This document shows, piece after piece, positions 32,696 through 43,913 of a DNA stretch of 64,000 bases (its first letter is position 1; the number at the start of each line of letters is the position of its first letter). Both the position numbers and the translations under genes were made by a program. This stretch comes from Rhodospirillales bacterium (GTDB taxonomy: Bacteria > Pseudomonadota > Alphaproteobacteria > Bin95): assembly GCA_038143065.1 (NCBI GenBank), contig JAYQLI010000035.1:1600894-1664893 (forward strand), given 5' to 3'. The notes beneath the pieces are model-generated. The model did not search any database. It saw only the letters and a program-made list of their open reading frames with translations, and was not told the DNA's origin.

Positions 32696-33396
32696 CTAAC
32701 GCATTGCCAAAAGAGATCCTAAACGCTCAGCGCAGTCAGCATCAAAAACACCATCAATTTGGGTTTGCCGATAGTGCCGTTGGAAGGCAGAAATGCATGC
32801 GAGGGTATCTTGGTCCAAGGCACCAGTTTCTGGACAAGAATAGCCCCATTTTGCGAGCATGCGCTGAGCTTCTATTACACTAGGACGTTGTCCCTGCCGT
32901 CTATTTGAAATTGCGTCAGGCCATAACCCTACACCCTCAGCGGCCAAGAATTCCCAAGGAAAAACTCACCCGGGTCGCGCTTTCGTCTTGGCGCAATATC
33001 GCTGTGGGCAAGCACATGCGCATGTGGAATAGAATAAGTTGAAATTAGGTGCTGCGATAAAGAAATAACCGCTTTAATTTGAGCATCGGCAAAAGGCCTT
33101 AATCCAAATTCATGGCCGGGATTAACAATTTCAATGCCTATTGAGGTATCATTGAGGCGATAATTGCCGCCCCAGAACGATTGGCCAGCGTGCCAAGCTC
33201 GATGCTCGTCAGCAACTAGATGAAAAATGGTTCCGTCAACCTCCACCAAATAATGGCTAGATACTTTTGATGCCGGGTTACAAAGCCTAGTTAAAGCGGC
33301 TGCACCCGATGACATGCCCGTATAGTGTAAAATCAGAAACTCAATGCTCTTACCGGAAGGTCTGTCATCGTAATTGGGCGAGGATGTTTCCAACAT
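32696..33396 (-). CDS. amiD: N-acetylmuramoyl-L-alanine amidase AmiD/AmpD type with PG-binding tail; one frameshift at ~32960
   Basis: SPNYDDR, ILHYTGM, SSHY, RAWHAG, SIGIEIVNPGH, HSDIAPRRKRDPGE; tail AFQRHYR..DG. Confidence 0.85.
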
Positions 33397-35212
33397 TAAG
33401 CTACTTTTTCAGCCTTTTCAGAGAGGATTAACCACCGCTCCTCTGCTACTTCTAAATCGTCTCTAGATTTTATTAACCAGTCTGTAAGCTTGGAGTAACG
33501 ATCAGGATCGCGCGCATAGGCGTCAGGCTTTCCAAGGGCGTCTTCAATTCTTTTTATATCGTGCTCTAATTTAGCAATCCTAGAAGGCAACTCGTCCAAT
33601 TCGTATTGTTCTTTAAAAGTAAGGCCCTCTCGGTCCGCCTTTGGCTTTGGCAACGCCTTTTTCTTGTTTTCACCAGAGGCGCGGCGATCTTTTACACGAT
33701 CATCTCGTTGGCGCAGATAATCCTGATATCCGCCAACAAACTCTCGAGCTTGACCATCTCCTTCAAGGGCCACAATGCTAGCGACCGTGCGGTCAAGAAA
33801 GTCTCTATCATGGGACACAATAATAAGCGTACCACCAAATTCCCCAAGCGCATCTTCGAGCAGATCTAAGGTATCCATATCCAGATCGTTAGTCGGTTCA
33901 TCTAGAACCATTAGATCCGTGGGCGTGCAAGTAACTTTGCTAGTAAAAGTCGGTTACGCTCGCCACCCGAAAGGGTCGATATCGGACTTTTGACTTGATC
34001 AACATCAAAATTGAAATCCTTCAGGTAGCCGACTACATGCCGAGGGCGACCACGAACCATCACCTGGTCTCCCCCCATTGGACACATCCAACGCCAAAGT
34101 GTTTCAGCTAGGTCTAGACCAACACGCTTTTGATCAAAATATGCTGTTTCCAATGTTTTGGCGACTTGTACTTTCCCGGAATGTGGCTCTAAATCGCCAG
34201 TAAGCATCCTAATTAAAGTGGTCTTACCTGCTCCATTAGGACCGATGATACCAATACGATCGCCTTTAAGGATGCGAGTGCTGAAATTCTCAAATAAAAC
34301 TCGCTCTCCACTTGATGCATCAGGAATGGCAGCCCGAAGATCCTTGGCCTCGATAGCCATCCGAGACTTGGCCTCACCTTCGTTAATTTTTAGTTCCGGC
34401 CTGCGAGGCTTACCTAAAAGAGCAGACCTCGCGTCTCTCATATCATGCAGTCTGCTGAGGCGGCCCTGATTTCTTTTGCGCCGGGCTGTTACACCTCTCA
34501 GGAGCCAGCGTTTTTCCTGAGCCAACTTAGAGTCAAGCTTTTCTGCTGCTCTTGCCTCTTCCTCGAAGATTTGTTCCACCCAAGCATCAAACTCTCGAAA
34601 ACGTTTTTTTGCAGTTCTGAGTGTTCCTCGTTCAAGCCAAAACAAGCGCTGGGTCACGGCATCTAGGAAGGCACGGTCATGGCTAATTACAACTAGCGCA
34701 CCGCCAAAAGATAATATGAAATCCTCTAAATTCTGAATAGCAATCAGATCCAGATGGTTTGTAGGCTCATCTAGCAAAAGCACATCAGGGGGGCGAATAA
34801 GGGCGCGGGCGAGGCTAATCTTCCTGGCCTCGCCCCCGGATAATGAAGTGGCATCGCGCGAAGCGAGCTGCCGCACGCCAAAGCGATCTAGAGCTGCGCT
34901 TATTTCATAATCTTCAGGCGGCGCTTCTGGATCTGCTGAGGCCACATGATCCCATGCGGTTTCATTCGGCTTAAATACAGGCTCTTGAGGAAGCCATGCA
35001 ACCCGCGTCCCTGGTTGCAGAAAGCGCTCGCCGCCATCAGGCTCTATCGCACCAGCTAAAAGCTTCATTAACGTTGTTTTACCGCAGCCATTGCGCCCAA
35101 CCAGTGTGGCCCTCTCACCCGGCAATAACTGAAATTGAATATCGCTGAAAAGAGGATCAGGCCCGAAGCCAAGGCTAACGTCACGAAGTGCAATAATTGG
35201 CGGCTCAGCCAT
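33396..35212 (-). CDS. uup: ABC-F family ATPase (Uup-like); one frameshift at ~33921
   Basis: Two NBDs (GRNGCGKTT/LSGGE/LDEPTNHLD; GPNGAGKTT/LSGGERNR/LDEPTNDLD), GVTARRKRNQGRL linker, C-terminal EERW coiled coil; no TM domain. Confidence 0.88.
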
Positions 35213-35227
35213 CAGTAAATCCGAAAT

Positions 35228-35252
35228 GGGCAGTGAATAGATTTCACCGCCC
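35228..35252 (-). terminator. Stem-loop between the cupin gene and uup (terminator or RNA processing site)
   Basis: Minus-strand GGGCGGUGAA-AUCUA-UUCACUGCCC (10-bp stem with one G-U) followed by AUUUC. Confidence 0.45.
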
Positions 35253-35263
35253 GATATGCCGGC

Positions 35264-35767
35264 TTAGGAGACTGCCTTCAAGGGGGTGCGCGTTACTTTT
35301 GATGCATCACAACCTTCAATACGAATAAGCTTAGTTGGGCCAGCCCGATAAGGAGCATGGATTGCACCAACAGGATAGTGATGGGCATCACCAGGCTTCA
35401 TTACGTAGGTTTCAGTCTTCTCCACCAGGCCAGGCTCATCGCCCTTAGGAGGGGTTACCATTTCCCAATCAGTCATGCTGGTTTCACCAACTGCCTGGCC
35501 ATAAATCGCCCAGGTGGGGCCGTGATCGTGCGGGTAGCCTTGACGGGCATCGCTATATGAATGAGCGCATATACAAAATCCAAGCTCAGCGTCTTGGTAA
35601 ATTATTTCTCGGTCGGCTGTAGCGTTGCCAAGGTGTTTTTCAACAAATTCCTCATCTTTAAGGGCTTTCTGAACACATTCGGTAACCTTCTCTTGTCCCA
35701 AAATGCCGGGGTCTGCTTTAAGAGCAGCGCGACAGTCATCTGCAAATTGGTCGAGCGTATAAGCCAT
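35264..35767 (-). CDS. Cysteine-dioxygenase-like cupin, function unknown
   Basis: PHDHGPTWAIYG and later GAIHAP give three His ligands; AGGAG RBS. Confidence 0.7.
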   Translation of the reverse strand: MAYTLDQFADDCRAALKADPGILGQEKVTECVQKALKDEEFVEKHLGNATADREIIYQDAELGFCICAHSYSDARQGYPHDHGPTWAIYGQAVGETSMTDWEMVTPPKGDEPGLVEKTETYVMKPGDAHHYPVGAIHAPYRAGPTKLIRIEGCDASKVTRTPLKAVS

Positions 35768-36037
35768 GAAAAATCTCCTGCAGGCGAATAATTTTACGGA
35801 ATTCTATCCCGCCTATTAGTAAAGCTAAAGACGATTTTATCAGAATATATGGTCATGCCCCAACCAGGAGAAAAAGGCAAACAGCCCAATTCAATGCTTG
35901 TTTACATACTTAGACACAGCCACAGTTCATCTTTATTCTTCTAGGAAAGTTTTGGATTATCTAGGCCCACCTCAACAGGCTGGGGCCGCAAGATTTCCAA
36001 TAATTGTATTGTTTTAAAATCAAAGGAAATAATAAAA

Positions 36038-36455
36038 GTGCCAGATGTGGGCTTTAGAAAATGGCTAGGTCTGAATTACGAAAAATGGACGATGAGCAAG
36101 CCATCGTGTCGATAGATTTAGATGAAGATAAATGAATGTTCGTGGCGTTGCCCACGGTGGCATTGTTGCGTCTTTAGTTGATGTTGCAATGGGAACTGCA
36201 GCTGGCGGCGGAAATTACGACACTAGAAAGCGCCTGGTAGCAACACAAGAACTGAAAGTTAATTACCTCACTGGCGCAAAAGGCAATAGACTTACGGCCA
36301 CCGCTACTGTGATCCGTGCTGGAAGTCGTTCAATAGTCCTGTCGGGTGACGTAGTAACCGATTCTGGCCTCCATTGTGCAACAGCATTAGGGACATTTAT
36401 GACACGCAGGGTTTCTGAAGGTGATCCAGAACGCTTCCAGAATACTGAGACTTAA
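36038..36455 (+). CDS. PaaI-family thioesterase; two A-run frameshifts (~36085, ~36131)
   Basis: NVRGVAHGGIVASLVDVAMG, ELKVNYL; reconstructed N-terminus from GTG 36038 reads MPDVGFRKWLGLNYEKMDDEQAIVSIDLDEDK. Confidence 0.8.
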
Positions 36456-36496
36456 TTCAGAATTAATAGTAAATATTGGTACCGGAGGTAAAAGCG

Positions 36497-38145
36497 ATGA
36501 TCGATTTTAGCCACATCGAGCGTAATTACGACCTGGCAAAAACTTCCTACAGGTTACCAATTCCCGAAGAGTTTAATTTTGCTTACGACGTCATAGACAG
36601 AAGGGCGGCCAAAGCTGACAAAACAGCCCTGATAGCTATTGGACCGGATGGCAAAAAATCCAGCACCATGTCCTACTCCGACCTATCTCATCAGTCAGGT
36701 CAATTCGCTAACGCACTTAAAAATCTTGGTCTTTCTAAAGGTGATTTTGCGTGCGTGGTAATTGGGCGAATTCCAGAATGGTATAGTGTCCTTTTTGGCT
36801 GCATGAAACTCGGCGTGATTTCGATGCCCGGGACCAACTTACTAACTGCTAAAGACATCGCTTATAGAATCCAACAGTCTGGTGCAAAGGCCGCAATTGT
36901 AACGGCAGAGCACGTCGAAAAAGTCGATGCTATCAGGGACCAATGCCCTACACTAAAGCATTTAATAGTCATTGACCCCGAGCATTTGAATGAAGATTGG
37001 CTAGATTTTAAAAATCTTTGCGAAGCTGAAAGCTCAGAGATAGACCAAAAAGTGTTGGCCCTTTCAAATCCACTGACATGATGATGGCGTATTTTACGTC
37101 CGGCACTACCGCCCTGCCTAAGATGGTGCCTAGGGATTTTGGTTACGGACTCGCTCACGCAGCAACCGGCCTATTCTGGATGGATCTCCGTGAAACAGAC
37201 ATTCACTGGACTTTGACAGATACTGGTTGGGCAAAGGCCGCATGGGGAATGCTATTTCCGCAACTTTTACTTGGCTCAACGATTATTCTGTTTGATGGAA
37301 AGGGGCTAGATGTAGATCAGCACTTGCAGCTGATTCACGATTTTAAAGTAAGTACATTCTGCGCACCTCCAACAGCCTATCGCATGTTTGCACAAACTGA
37401 TTTGAAACAGTACGACCTATCAAGTTTACGTCGTTGTATGGGGGCAGGAGAGCCTCTGAACCCAGAAGTTATTCGATACTGGGAGGAACACACAGGCACA
37501 ATCATCGCAGATGGCTACGGTCAAACAGAAACAATCAACATCGTTGCCAATTTCCCTGGCCAGAAGACTAAATTTGGGTCCATGGGTCAGCCAGTTCCCG
37601 GGCTAGACGTAGCTGTCGTGAATGATGAAGGTAAACGGCTACCACCCGGAGAAGTTGGGCACATAGCAGTTAGAACTGAAACTAGCGATGGCATTTGGCC
37701 GCCAGGCCTCTTTGAAGGTTACTTAAAATCAGAGGGAGGGATTGACCGCAATGCTTTCCGCAATGGCTGGTATTACACCGGCGATACCGCTGAAACGGAT
37801 GAAGATGGCTATCTATGGTTTGTTGGCAGAGCAGATGACTTAATCTCATCCGCAGGCTACCGCATTAGTCCGTTTGAGGTGGAAAGTGCTCTTCTTGAGC
37901 ACCCTGCAGTAGCCGAAAGTGCAGTGATTGGCGCGCCTGACCTAACTCGTGGCCAAGTGGTGAAAGCATTTATCATTTTGGCTCGCGGTCACAACGGAAG
38001 CCCACAATTGGCTCAAGACATTCAGGACTTCTGTAAAAACCTAACAGCACCCTATAAATACCCACGGCAAATTGAATTTGTCTCTGAATTACCTAAAACT
38101 ATCAGCGGTAAGATCAGACGTGTAGAATTGCGAGAAGGAAATTAA
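36497..38145 (+). CDS. Medium-chain acyl-CoA synthetase (ACSM-like AMP-binding enzyme); one frameshift at ~37048
   Basis: IPEEFNFAYDVID, YFTSGTTALPK, DTGWAK, AGEPLNPE, GYGQTET, YYTGD, GRADD, LPKTISGKIRR. Confidence 0.92.
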
Positions 38146-39393
38146 GCAGCCGAATTTTTTGATGGAAGTAGATACTTCTTTGCACGCCAAAGTAGAAAAA
38201 CAGCAAGTGAGCCATTGATAAGGTTCCAACCTATCCCATTCAAGAATGCTGCTTGATAAGTGCCAGTTGCATCATGGATGACCCCCGACAAAAGGCCTCC
38301 TAAGGCCATACCAAAAAGAGTGAAGCTCATTACCGTTCCTATCCGCCAGCCTGCATCTTTCGCAGGGAAATTTTCCCGAACGATCAGAGCATAGGACGGT
38401 ACAATCCCTCCTTGAGATAAACCAAATATGAATGAGACCACATAGAGAGGAAACAGGCCATCGAAAGGCAGAAATAGTGTCAACGCAAATAGCTGCTGCA
38501 CTGAACCAAGAAGAAGCGTTCTGAAACCGCCTATCTTGTCAGAAATCCAACCAGAAATAAGCCTGCTCGCAACTCCAGCCGCCATCATAAGGGCAAGCAT
38601 ATTAGCGCCATGCACTGCACCAAGACCAAGATCTGAACAGAGTGCAACGATATGAACTTGGGGCATCGACATAGCGACACAACAGGCAACACCGGCCACA
38701 CACAACAATCCCTGTAATGTCTCTCGATGGAAACCAAGAGGTCGTTTTGGTGCCACAAACTGTCGTCCTGGTGTTATCTCATCTAAAGCGGAGGTTGACG
38801 ACGCAGCATAAGGGTAAGTGCCGGCATAGCCGATAAACAAAATAAACCAATAAACATCAATGCATCACGCCACCCTAAGGCGTCGATAAGTGCTTGAGTG
38901 ATAGGTGGCCAGATTGTTCCTGCGATATAGTTTCCAGAGATTACAATTCCAATTGCAAAACCACGGCGCTTCTCAAACCAGAGGGAAATATCGGCAACCA
39001 GAGGTGAGAATGTAGCAGCCGCTCCGAGAAAACCTATCGGCAGACCAAACGCAACAGCATAAACCCAAAAAGCCCCTGCAGCAGACGCTATCAGGAAACC
39101 AGAACCATAAATTAAACTCGCTATGAGGAGTATTCTGGCTGTATTCCAACGAGATGTTGCCCATCCATAAAAAATACCGCCCGCACCAAAACCAATCGTG
39201 AAAAGTGTATAAGGCAATGATGCCTCACCCTCGAAAGGCCAAATTCAGTAGCAACAGGAAGAAGCGCCACCGTACAGGCGTACATCCCAAAACCGCCAAT
39301 AGTCATTATGGCAAGCGCTGCCCACAGCCGGGCCCAAGCATACAGACCGTCCGTTTCAGAGGATTGAAAGTGCGTAAAAAACTTTTTTGACAT
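38142..39393 (-). CDS. MFS transporter (OFA/MCT-like); two frameshifts (~39228, ~38788)
   Basis: About 12 hydrophobic helices over three ORFs; WFEKRRGFAIGIV, GWISDKIG, GVIHDATGTY. Confidence 0.83.
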
Positions 39394-39513
39394 TAATGAC
39401 TACCGTTAAGATGAACTCGCTCAGTAGACTGCGAGACGTACATGCGCAATCAAAAATACAAATCGCAAACCTCTAAACACTGGCAATGCATCCGCTAGTG
39501 AAAGGGACTACCA

Positions 39514-40281
39514 ATGGCTGGCAGAATTGAAATAGAGAGAGATGATCGCGGAGTTGAAACTATTTGGCTCAACAATCAAGATCATCGAAACACCCTAAAC
39601 AATACTTTAATCGACGACATGGCCGCTGCCGTTCATCGGTCAAGTAGTGATGACCAATGCCATGTAATTATAATTCGTGGGCGTGGAGGTGTTTTCTGCG
39701 CGGGCAGAGAATTACGTGATCTTGCCGCTCTATTGGATGCTGACATTTCCTTAATCCAGGCAACTTATCACAGGCTAAGGATGCTGAATGAAGCACTATA
39801 TTTATGTCGAAAGCCAACAATCGCTGTTGTTGAAAAATATGCTTTTGGTGCAGGGGCTACTCTAGCAAGCTGGTGCGATATTGCTATTGCTGAAGATGAT
39901 GCTTCCTTTGCCTACCCAGAGGTTCGACACGGGATAGTACCCTCGCCAATTGTGATGGCTCTCAATCGTGGCGCGCCAAGGAAAGCAATAATGGATTTGA
40001 TCCTTACAGGGCGTCGCATAGACGGCCGGGAAGCCGCCCTCTGCCATATTATAACAAGGGCAGTAGCGAAGTCTGATTTGGAAACTAATGTTGAAGCGAC
40101 AATTTCAAATATACTCAAAGGTAGTCCAGACGCGATTGCCCGAACAAAGGACTTCATTGTTCACGCAGAAGATGCCAGCATGCGATCAGCGATGCTGTCA
40201 GCAGTCGATAGCATTTCGATAGGGCTAACTCATCCTGAAACACGGCGGCGTATTTCCGCTTTTTTAGCAGGAGCAAGATAG
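39514..40281 (+). CDS. Enoyl-CoA hydratase/isomerase family (methylglutaconyl-CoA hydratase-like)
   Basis: FCAGREL, AFGAGATLASWCDIAIA, FAYPEVRHG. Confidence 0.82.
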   Translation: MAGRIEIERDDRGVETIWLNNQDHRNTLNNTLIDDMAAAVHRSSSDDQCHVIIIRGRGGVFCAGRELRDLAALLDADISLIQATYHRLRMLNEALYLCRKPTIAVVEKYAFGAGATLASWCDIAIAEDDASFAYPEVRHGIVPSPIVMALNRGAPRKAIMDLILTGRRIDGREAALCHIITRAVAKSDLETNVEATISNILKGSPDAIARTKDFIVHAEDASMRSAMLSAVDSISIGLTHPETRRRISAFLAGAR

Positions 40282-40349
40282 GAAGGCATCCCAAAAAGTG
40301 AACTTGCACTGCACAGTAACAGCTGAATTATTTAGGACTAGCTGAATAA

Positions 40350-41198
40350 ATGAAAGTAGATCAAATAGCCGGCGCGCTCGGTGCAGACGTCACTGAGATT
40401 GATATCTCAGCGCCGCTTACAGATATCCAACTAAACGCAATAAAGGTGGCACTTTGGCAATATGGAGTGCTGGCATTTCGCAATCAAACCATATCACCAG
40501 CCCAACAGCTTTCCTTTGTAAAGCAATTCGGAGAAATCCATTACCACCCCCATGTAAAGGGCCTTCCAGAGCAACCAGAGGTCATGGAAATCTTAAAAAG
40601 AGAGGAAGATCTCCATAACTTTGGATCAGGCTGGCATACAGACCAGATGTTTACTCCAAAGCCTTCAAATTACACCTGTCTATATGCGAAAGAACTGCCT
40701 GATACTGGTGGTGATACACTGTATGCCTGCATGAGAAATGGCTTTCGGACATTATCACCCGCGATGCAGAAATTGGCTCAAACACTGAAAACGGAAAACC
40801 GTTCCTTTGCGGCACAACTTTCAGGGCGAAATCAAACTTCAGCTGGATATTTTGGAGCTGGGATGAGGACCCAAGAGGCGACAGCTGATGAAACCTTGAT
40901 CCAACATCCTGTTGTGCGAAAGCATCCTGAGACAAGCGATCCAGTTCTTTATATAGGTCTACACAGTATTAGGCTTGCTGGATTTACCGAAGATGAAAGT
41001 AAACCTCTCCTAGACTACTGGAAGGCACACCTTGTTGTCCCGGAGAACACAGCACGTCTGCGTTGGCAGCCTGGCACACTTGCCATTTGGGATAACCGAC
41101 TAGTGCTGCATAATGCGGTTAATGACTATCCTGGCAAACGCCGCCGCATGCACCGGATCACGGTTGCTGGAGAGGCAACACAAAGTTGGAAAGCTTGA
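40350..41198 (+). CDS. TauD/TfdA-family Fe(II)/2-oxoglutarate dioxygenase
   Basis: GALGADV, GVLAFRNQ, WHTD (HxD), GGDTLYA, HPVVRKHPET, WDNR..LH, RRMHR. Confidence 0.92.
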   Translation: MKVDQIAGALGADVTEIDISAPLTDIQLNAIKVALWQYGVLAFRNQTISPAQQLSFVKQFGEIHYHPHVKGLPEQPEVMEILKREEDLHNFGSGWHTDQMFTPKPSNYTCLYAKELPDTGGDTLYACMRNGFRTLSPAMQKLAQTLKTENRSFAAQLSGRNQTSAGYFGAGMRTQEATADETLIQHPVVRKHPETSDPVLYIGLHSIRLAGFTEDESKPLLDYWKAHLVVPENTARLRWQPGTLAIWDNRLVLHNAVNDYPGKRRRMHRITVAGEATQSWKA

Positions 41199-41206
41199 GG
41201 AAAGCG

Positions 41207-42868
41207 ATGACTTCTAATCCCACAAATGTAGATCCAATCACAACATCTGTTATCCAGCATCGGTTGACTGCCATTGTCGAAGAAATGGGCGAAGCGATGC
41301 TTCGAACGTCTTATTCTCAGATACTGAATTCCTCACGGGATTTTTCTGCTGCTATGGTCGATAGCGACTGTCAGCTTGTAGCCCAGGCCGAGCATATACC
41401 GGTGCACGTTGGGGCGATGCCATGGGCGGCAAAGGCTGTAAGAGATTACTTTGGCGAGGACGTTAGTGAAGGCGATTTATTCCTCGTGAACGACCCCTAT
41501 TTGGGCTACGGCAGCCATCTCCCGGATGTCACCGTGTTTGCACCAGTATTTATTGAAGGAAGTGTAGCCTTTTGGACTATCAACCGAGCTCACCATTCAG
41601 ATATTGGTGGTTCAACCCACGGTGCCTACAACCCTTCAGCAACCGAGATATTTCACGAAGGCCTCCGTATACCACCCTTGCGACTTTGGGAGCGAGGTAA
41701 GCCAAAACAAGATTTACTCGACATGCTCGCAGCAAATGTGCGTCACCCGCGTGACTTTAAGGGCGATCTTGCTGCTCAAATTGGGTCTGTCAAACTTGGC
41801 GAGCGGAGACTAAAGGCACTCGTTGATGGATTTGGCGCAAAAGTTGTTCTTCAATCCTGCAGACAAATTTTGGATGGAGCAGAAGCTCGTGCGCGGGCGG
41901 AAATAGAAACTTGGAAAGACTGAAAATATTTTGGCGAGGCTACTCTAGATGACGATGGTCATGGCCGTGAAAATATCAAAATTCGCGCCAGTGTGACGGT
42001 GCAAGGTTCGAATGTTGAGGTAGACCTTTCAGATAGTGATCCTGAAAGTACCGCTTTCGTTAATTCCTCTTTCGCAAATATGCAGTCAGCTTGCGCACAA
42101 ACTCTTGCCTATTTGATCGACCCAACTATCCCAAAAAACGCGGGCGCATTCCGACCGATGAGTGTTATTGCGAAACAAGGCACTATTGTTTGGTCAAATG
42201 ATGGGCTGCCTGTAACTATGTGCACTAGTCATTGTTCAAACGAAATTATCGAGGCCATCATTGTCGCTTTGTCCGAAGCCTGTCCGGACAAAGCAATGGC
42301 TGGATGGGGCAGACGACTTCGCATTGCCATCAAAGGGGAAGATCCTCGCAACGGAAAAACTTTTATTTGGCATATGTTCCACGCTCGCCCTGGAGCTGGC
42401 GCCTCTCCTGGGGGTGATGGTTGGCACAATGCAGGTGAATGGCATTCAGCAGGAGGCCTAAAATTCGGCAGCGTGGAAGTGGCTGAAGCCCGCTTTCCTC
42501 TTCATTTTTGTCGGCATGAATTTAGGCCAAATTCAGGGGGAGCGGGTCAGTTTCGAGGCGGCACGGGTGTAGACATGGAAATGGTAGTTGAGACCTTAGG
42601 AGATGCTGTAGCTAATACCGCTGGCGATGGCCAACGTCATGGAGCTCGCGGTATTTTGGGTGGCTTAGATGGAGAGCCTCACTTCTATCGACAAAAGGGA
42701 AGCAACGGAATTGAGCTTCCCCTTCCCTCGAAAGCTACTGGCTTGCCGGTTAAGTCGGGGGACGTGTTTATAGTTTCATCTGGTGGAGGCGGCGGATGGG
42801 GACAGCCAAAAATGCGCACAGATGATTGTCACTCGGATGATCTGGCTGACGGCTTCGTAACAAATTAA
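41207..42868 (+). CDS. Second hydantoinase B/oxoprolinase-family subunit, interrupted by an in-frame TGA at 41921-41923
   Basis: DPITTSVIQHRL, NDPYLGYGSHLPD, AHHSDIGG, HEGLRIPP, WKD*KYFGEATLDDDG continuing in the same frame into ORF 41993-42868, SGGGGGWG. Confidence 0.88.
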
Positions 42869-43787
42869 TGGTTCAAAAAATTGAGAGGTAAGCCAGCTTT
42901 TGGCCAATCGCCTCTCACTAATTTCCCGCAAAGGAAAGTGTTATGAAGGCCGTTTTAAGGTCCTCTCCACCAAAGCAAATATTAGTGACGTAGGGGTCAT
43001 CCATTGCAATATGCTCTATGGAGGAGCCATCCGGAGCGATCACTGTAATACCGCCATCCATCAAAGTTGCCACGCATATATTTCCATGGCTATCTACGGC
43101 AAGGCTATCAAAATTTCGAAAGCCTTGCGTTTGCCCGACTAAAAAACCGCCGTGTGGTGATGGCCAATCGCGTTTAATTAATTTACCCGGGCTCTCAATA
43201 TCAAACCCCCAAAGACGACCTGTTTGGGTCTCTGCAACATAAACCGTTTGTTCATCTGGGGAGAGGCCAACACCATTTGCTGTGATTATGGGATATGCGG
43301 CTTCTTCAATGTGTTTACCTTCGATTGTAGCGTAATAGAGACCTGACCGATCCCAATCTCTGTGACGTGTTTTACCTAAATCTGTGAACCAAAAACCGCC
43401 TTGCTTATCAAAAACAATGTCGTTTGGCCCACAAAGTTTATGTTCTCCGCAACTCTCATAGAGAATCTCAACACTACCAGTTTCAAGGTCAATCCGTTGT
43501 ATACTGCCGCCCTTGTAATAATCTGACTGACCGACTGGTCGCTTATTACCTAAACTATCAACGTGAAAAGCAAGACCTCCGTTGTTACAAACGTATACCG
43601 CGCCATCTGGACCAATTGCAGCTCCATTAGGACCTCCGCCTAACTCTGCAATTACTTCAACCACTCCAGCTGGCGTCACGCGGCTCAGCGTTCCTCTTTC
43701 AATCTCCACCAGTATGATGGAGCCATCTTGCATGGCAATTGGTCCCTCAGGGAAGCAAAGTCCCTCGGCAACGGTAGTTAACTGCAT
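42865..43787 (-). CDS. SMP-30/gluconolactonase/LRE-family beta-propeller; frameshift near the C-terminus (~42922)
   Basis: GLCFPEGP, GGPNGAAIGPDG, PNDIVFD, NGVGLSPD, DSLAVD, TNICFGG; corrected tail GKLVRGDWPKAGLPLNFLNH*. Confidence 0.88.
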
Positions 43788-43913
43788 ATCAAACTCCCAA
43801 AACTGAGATGATTATATGGTGAATAAAGTTACCTAGATATACCATAGGCCTTGACCCAAGCCCCTTAGCAAGCGACGGTCTTTTGATGCAAGAGGTTCAG
43901 GAGTTTAACCGCA

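Noticed and set aside
41921-41923. Selenocysteine or UGA-to-Gly (genetic code 25) recoding in hyuB
   Set aside because: The position aligns to Gly rather than Cys, I see no convincing SECIS-like hairpin, and TGA is a functional stop in many flanking genes
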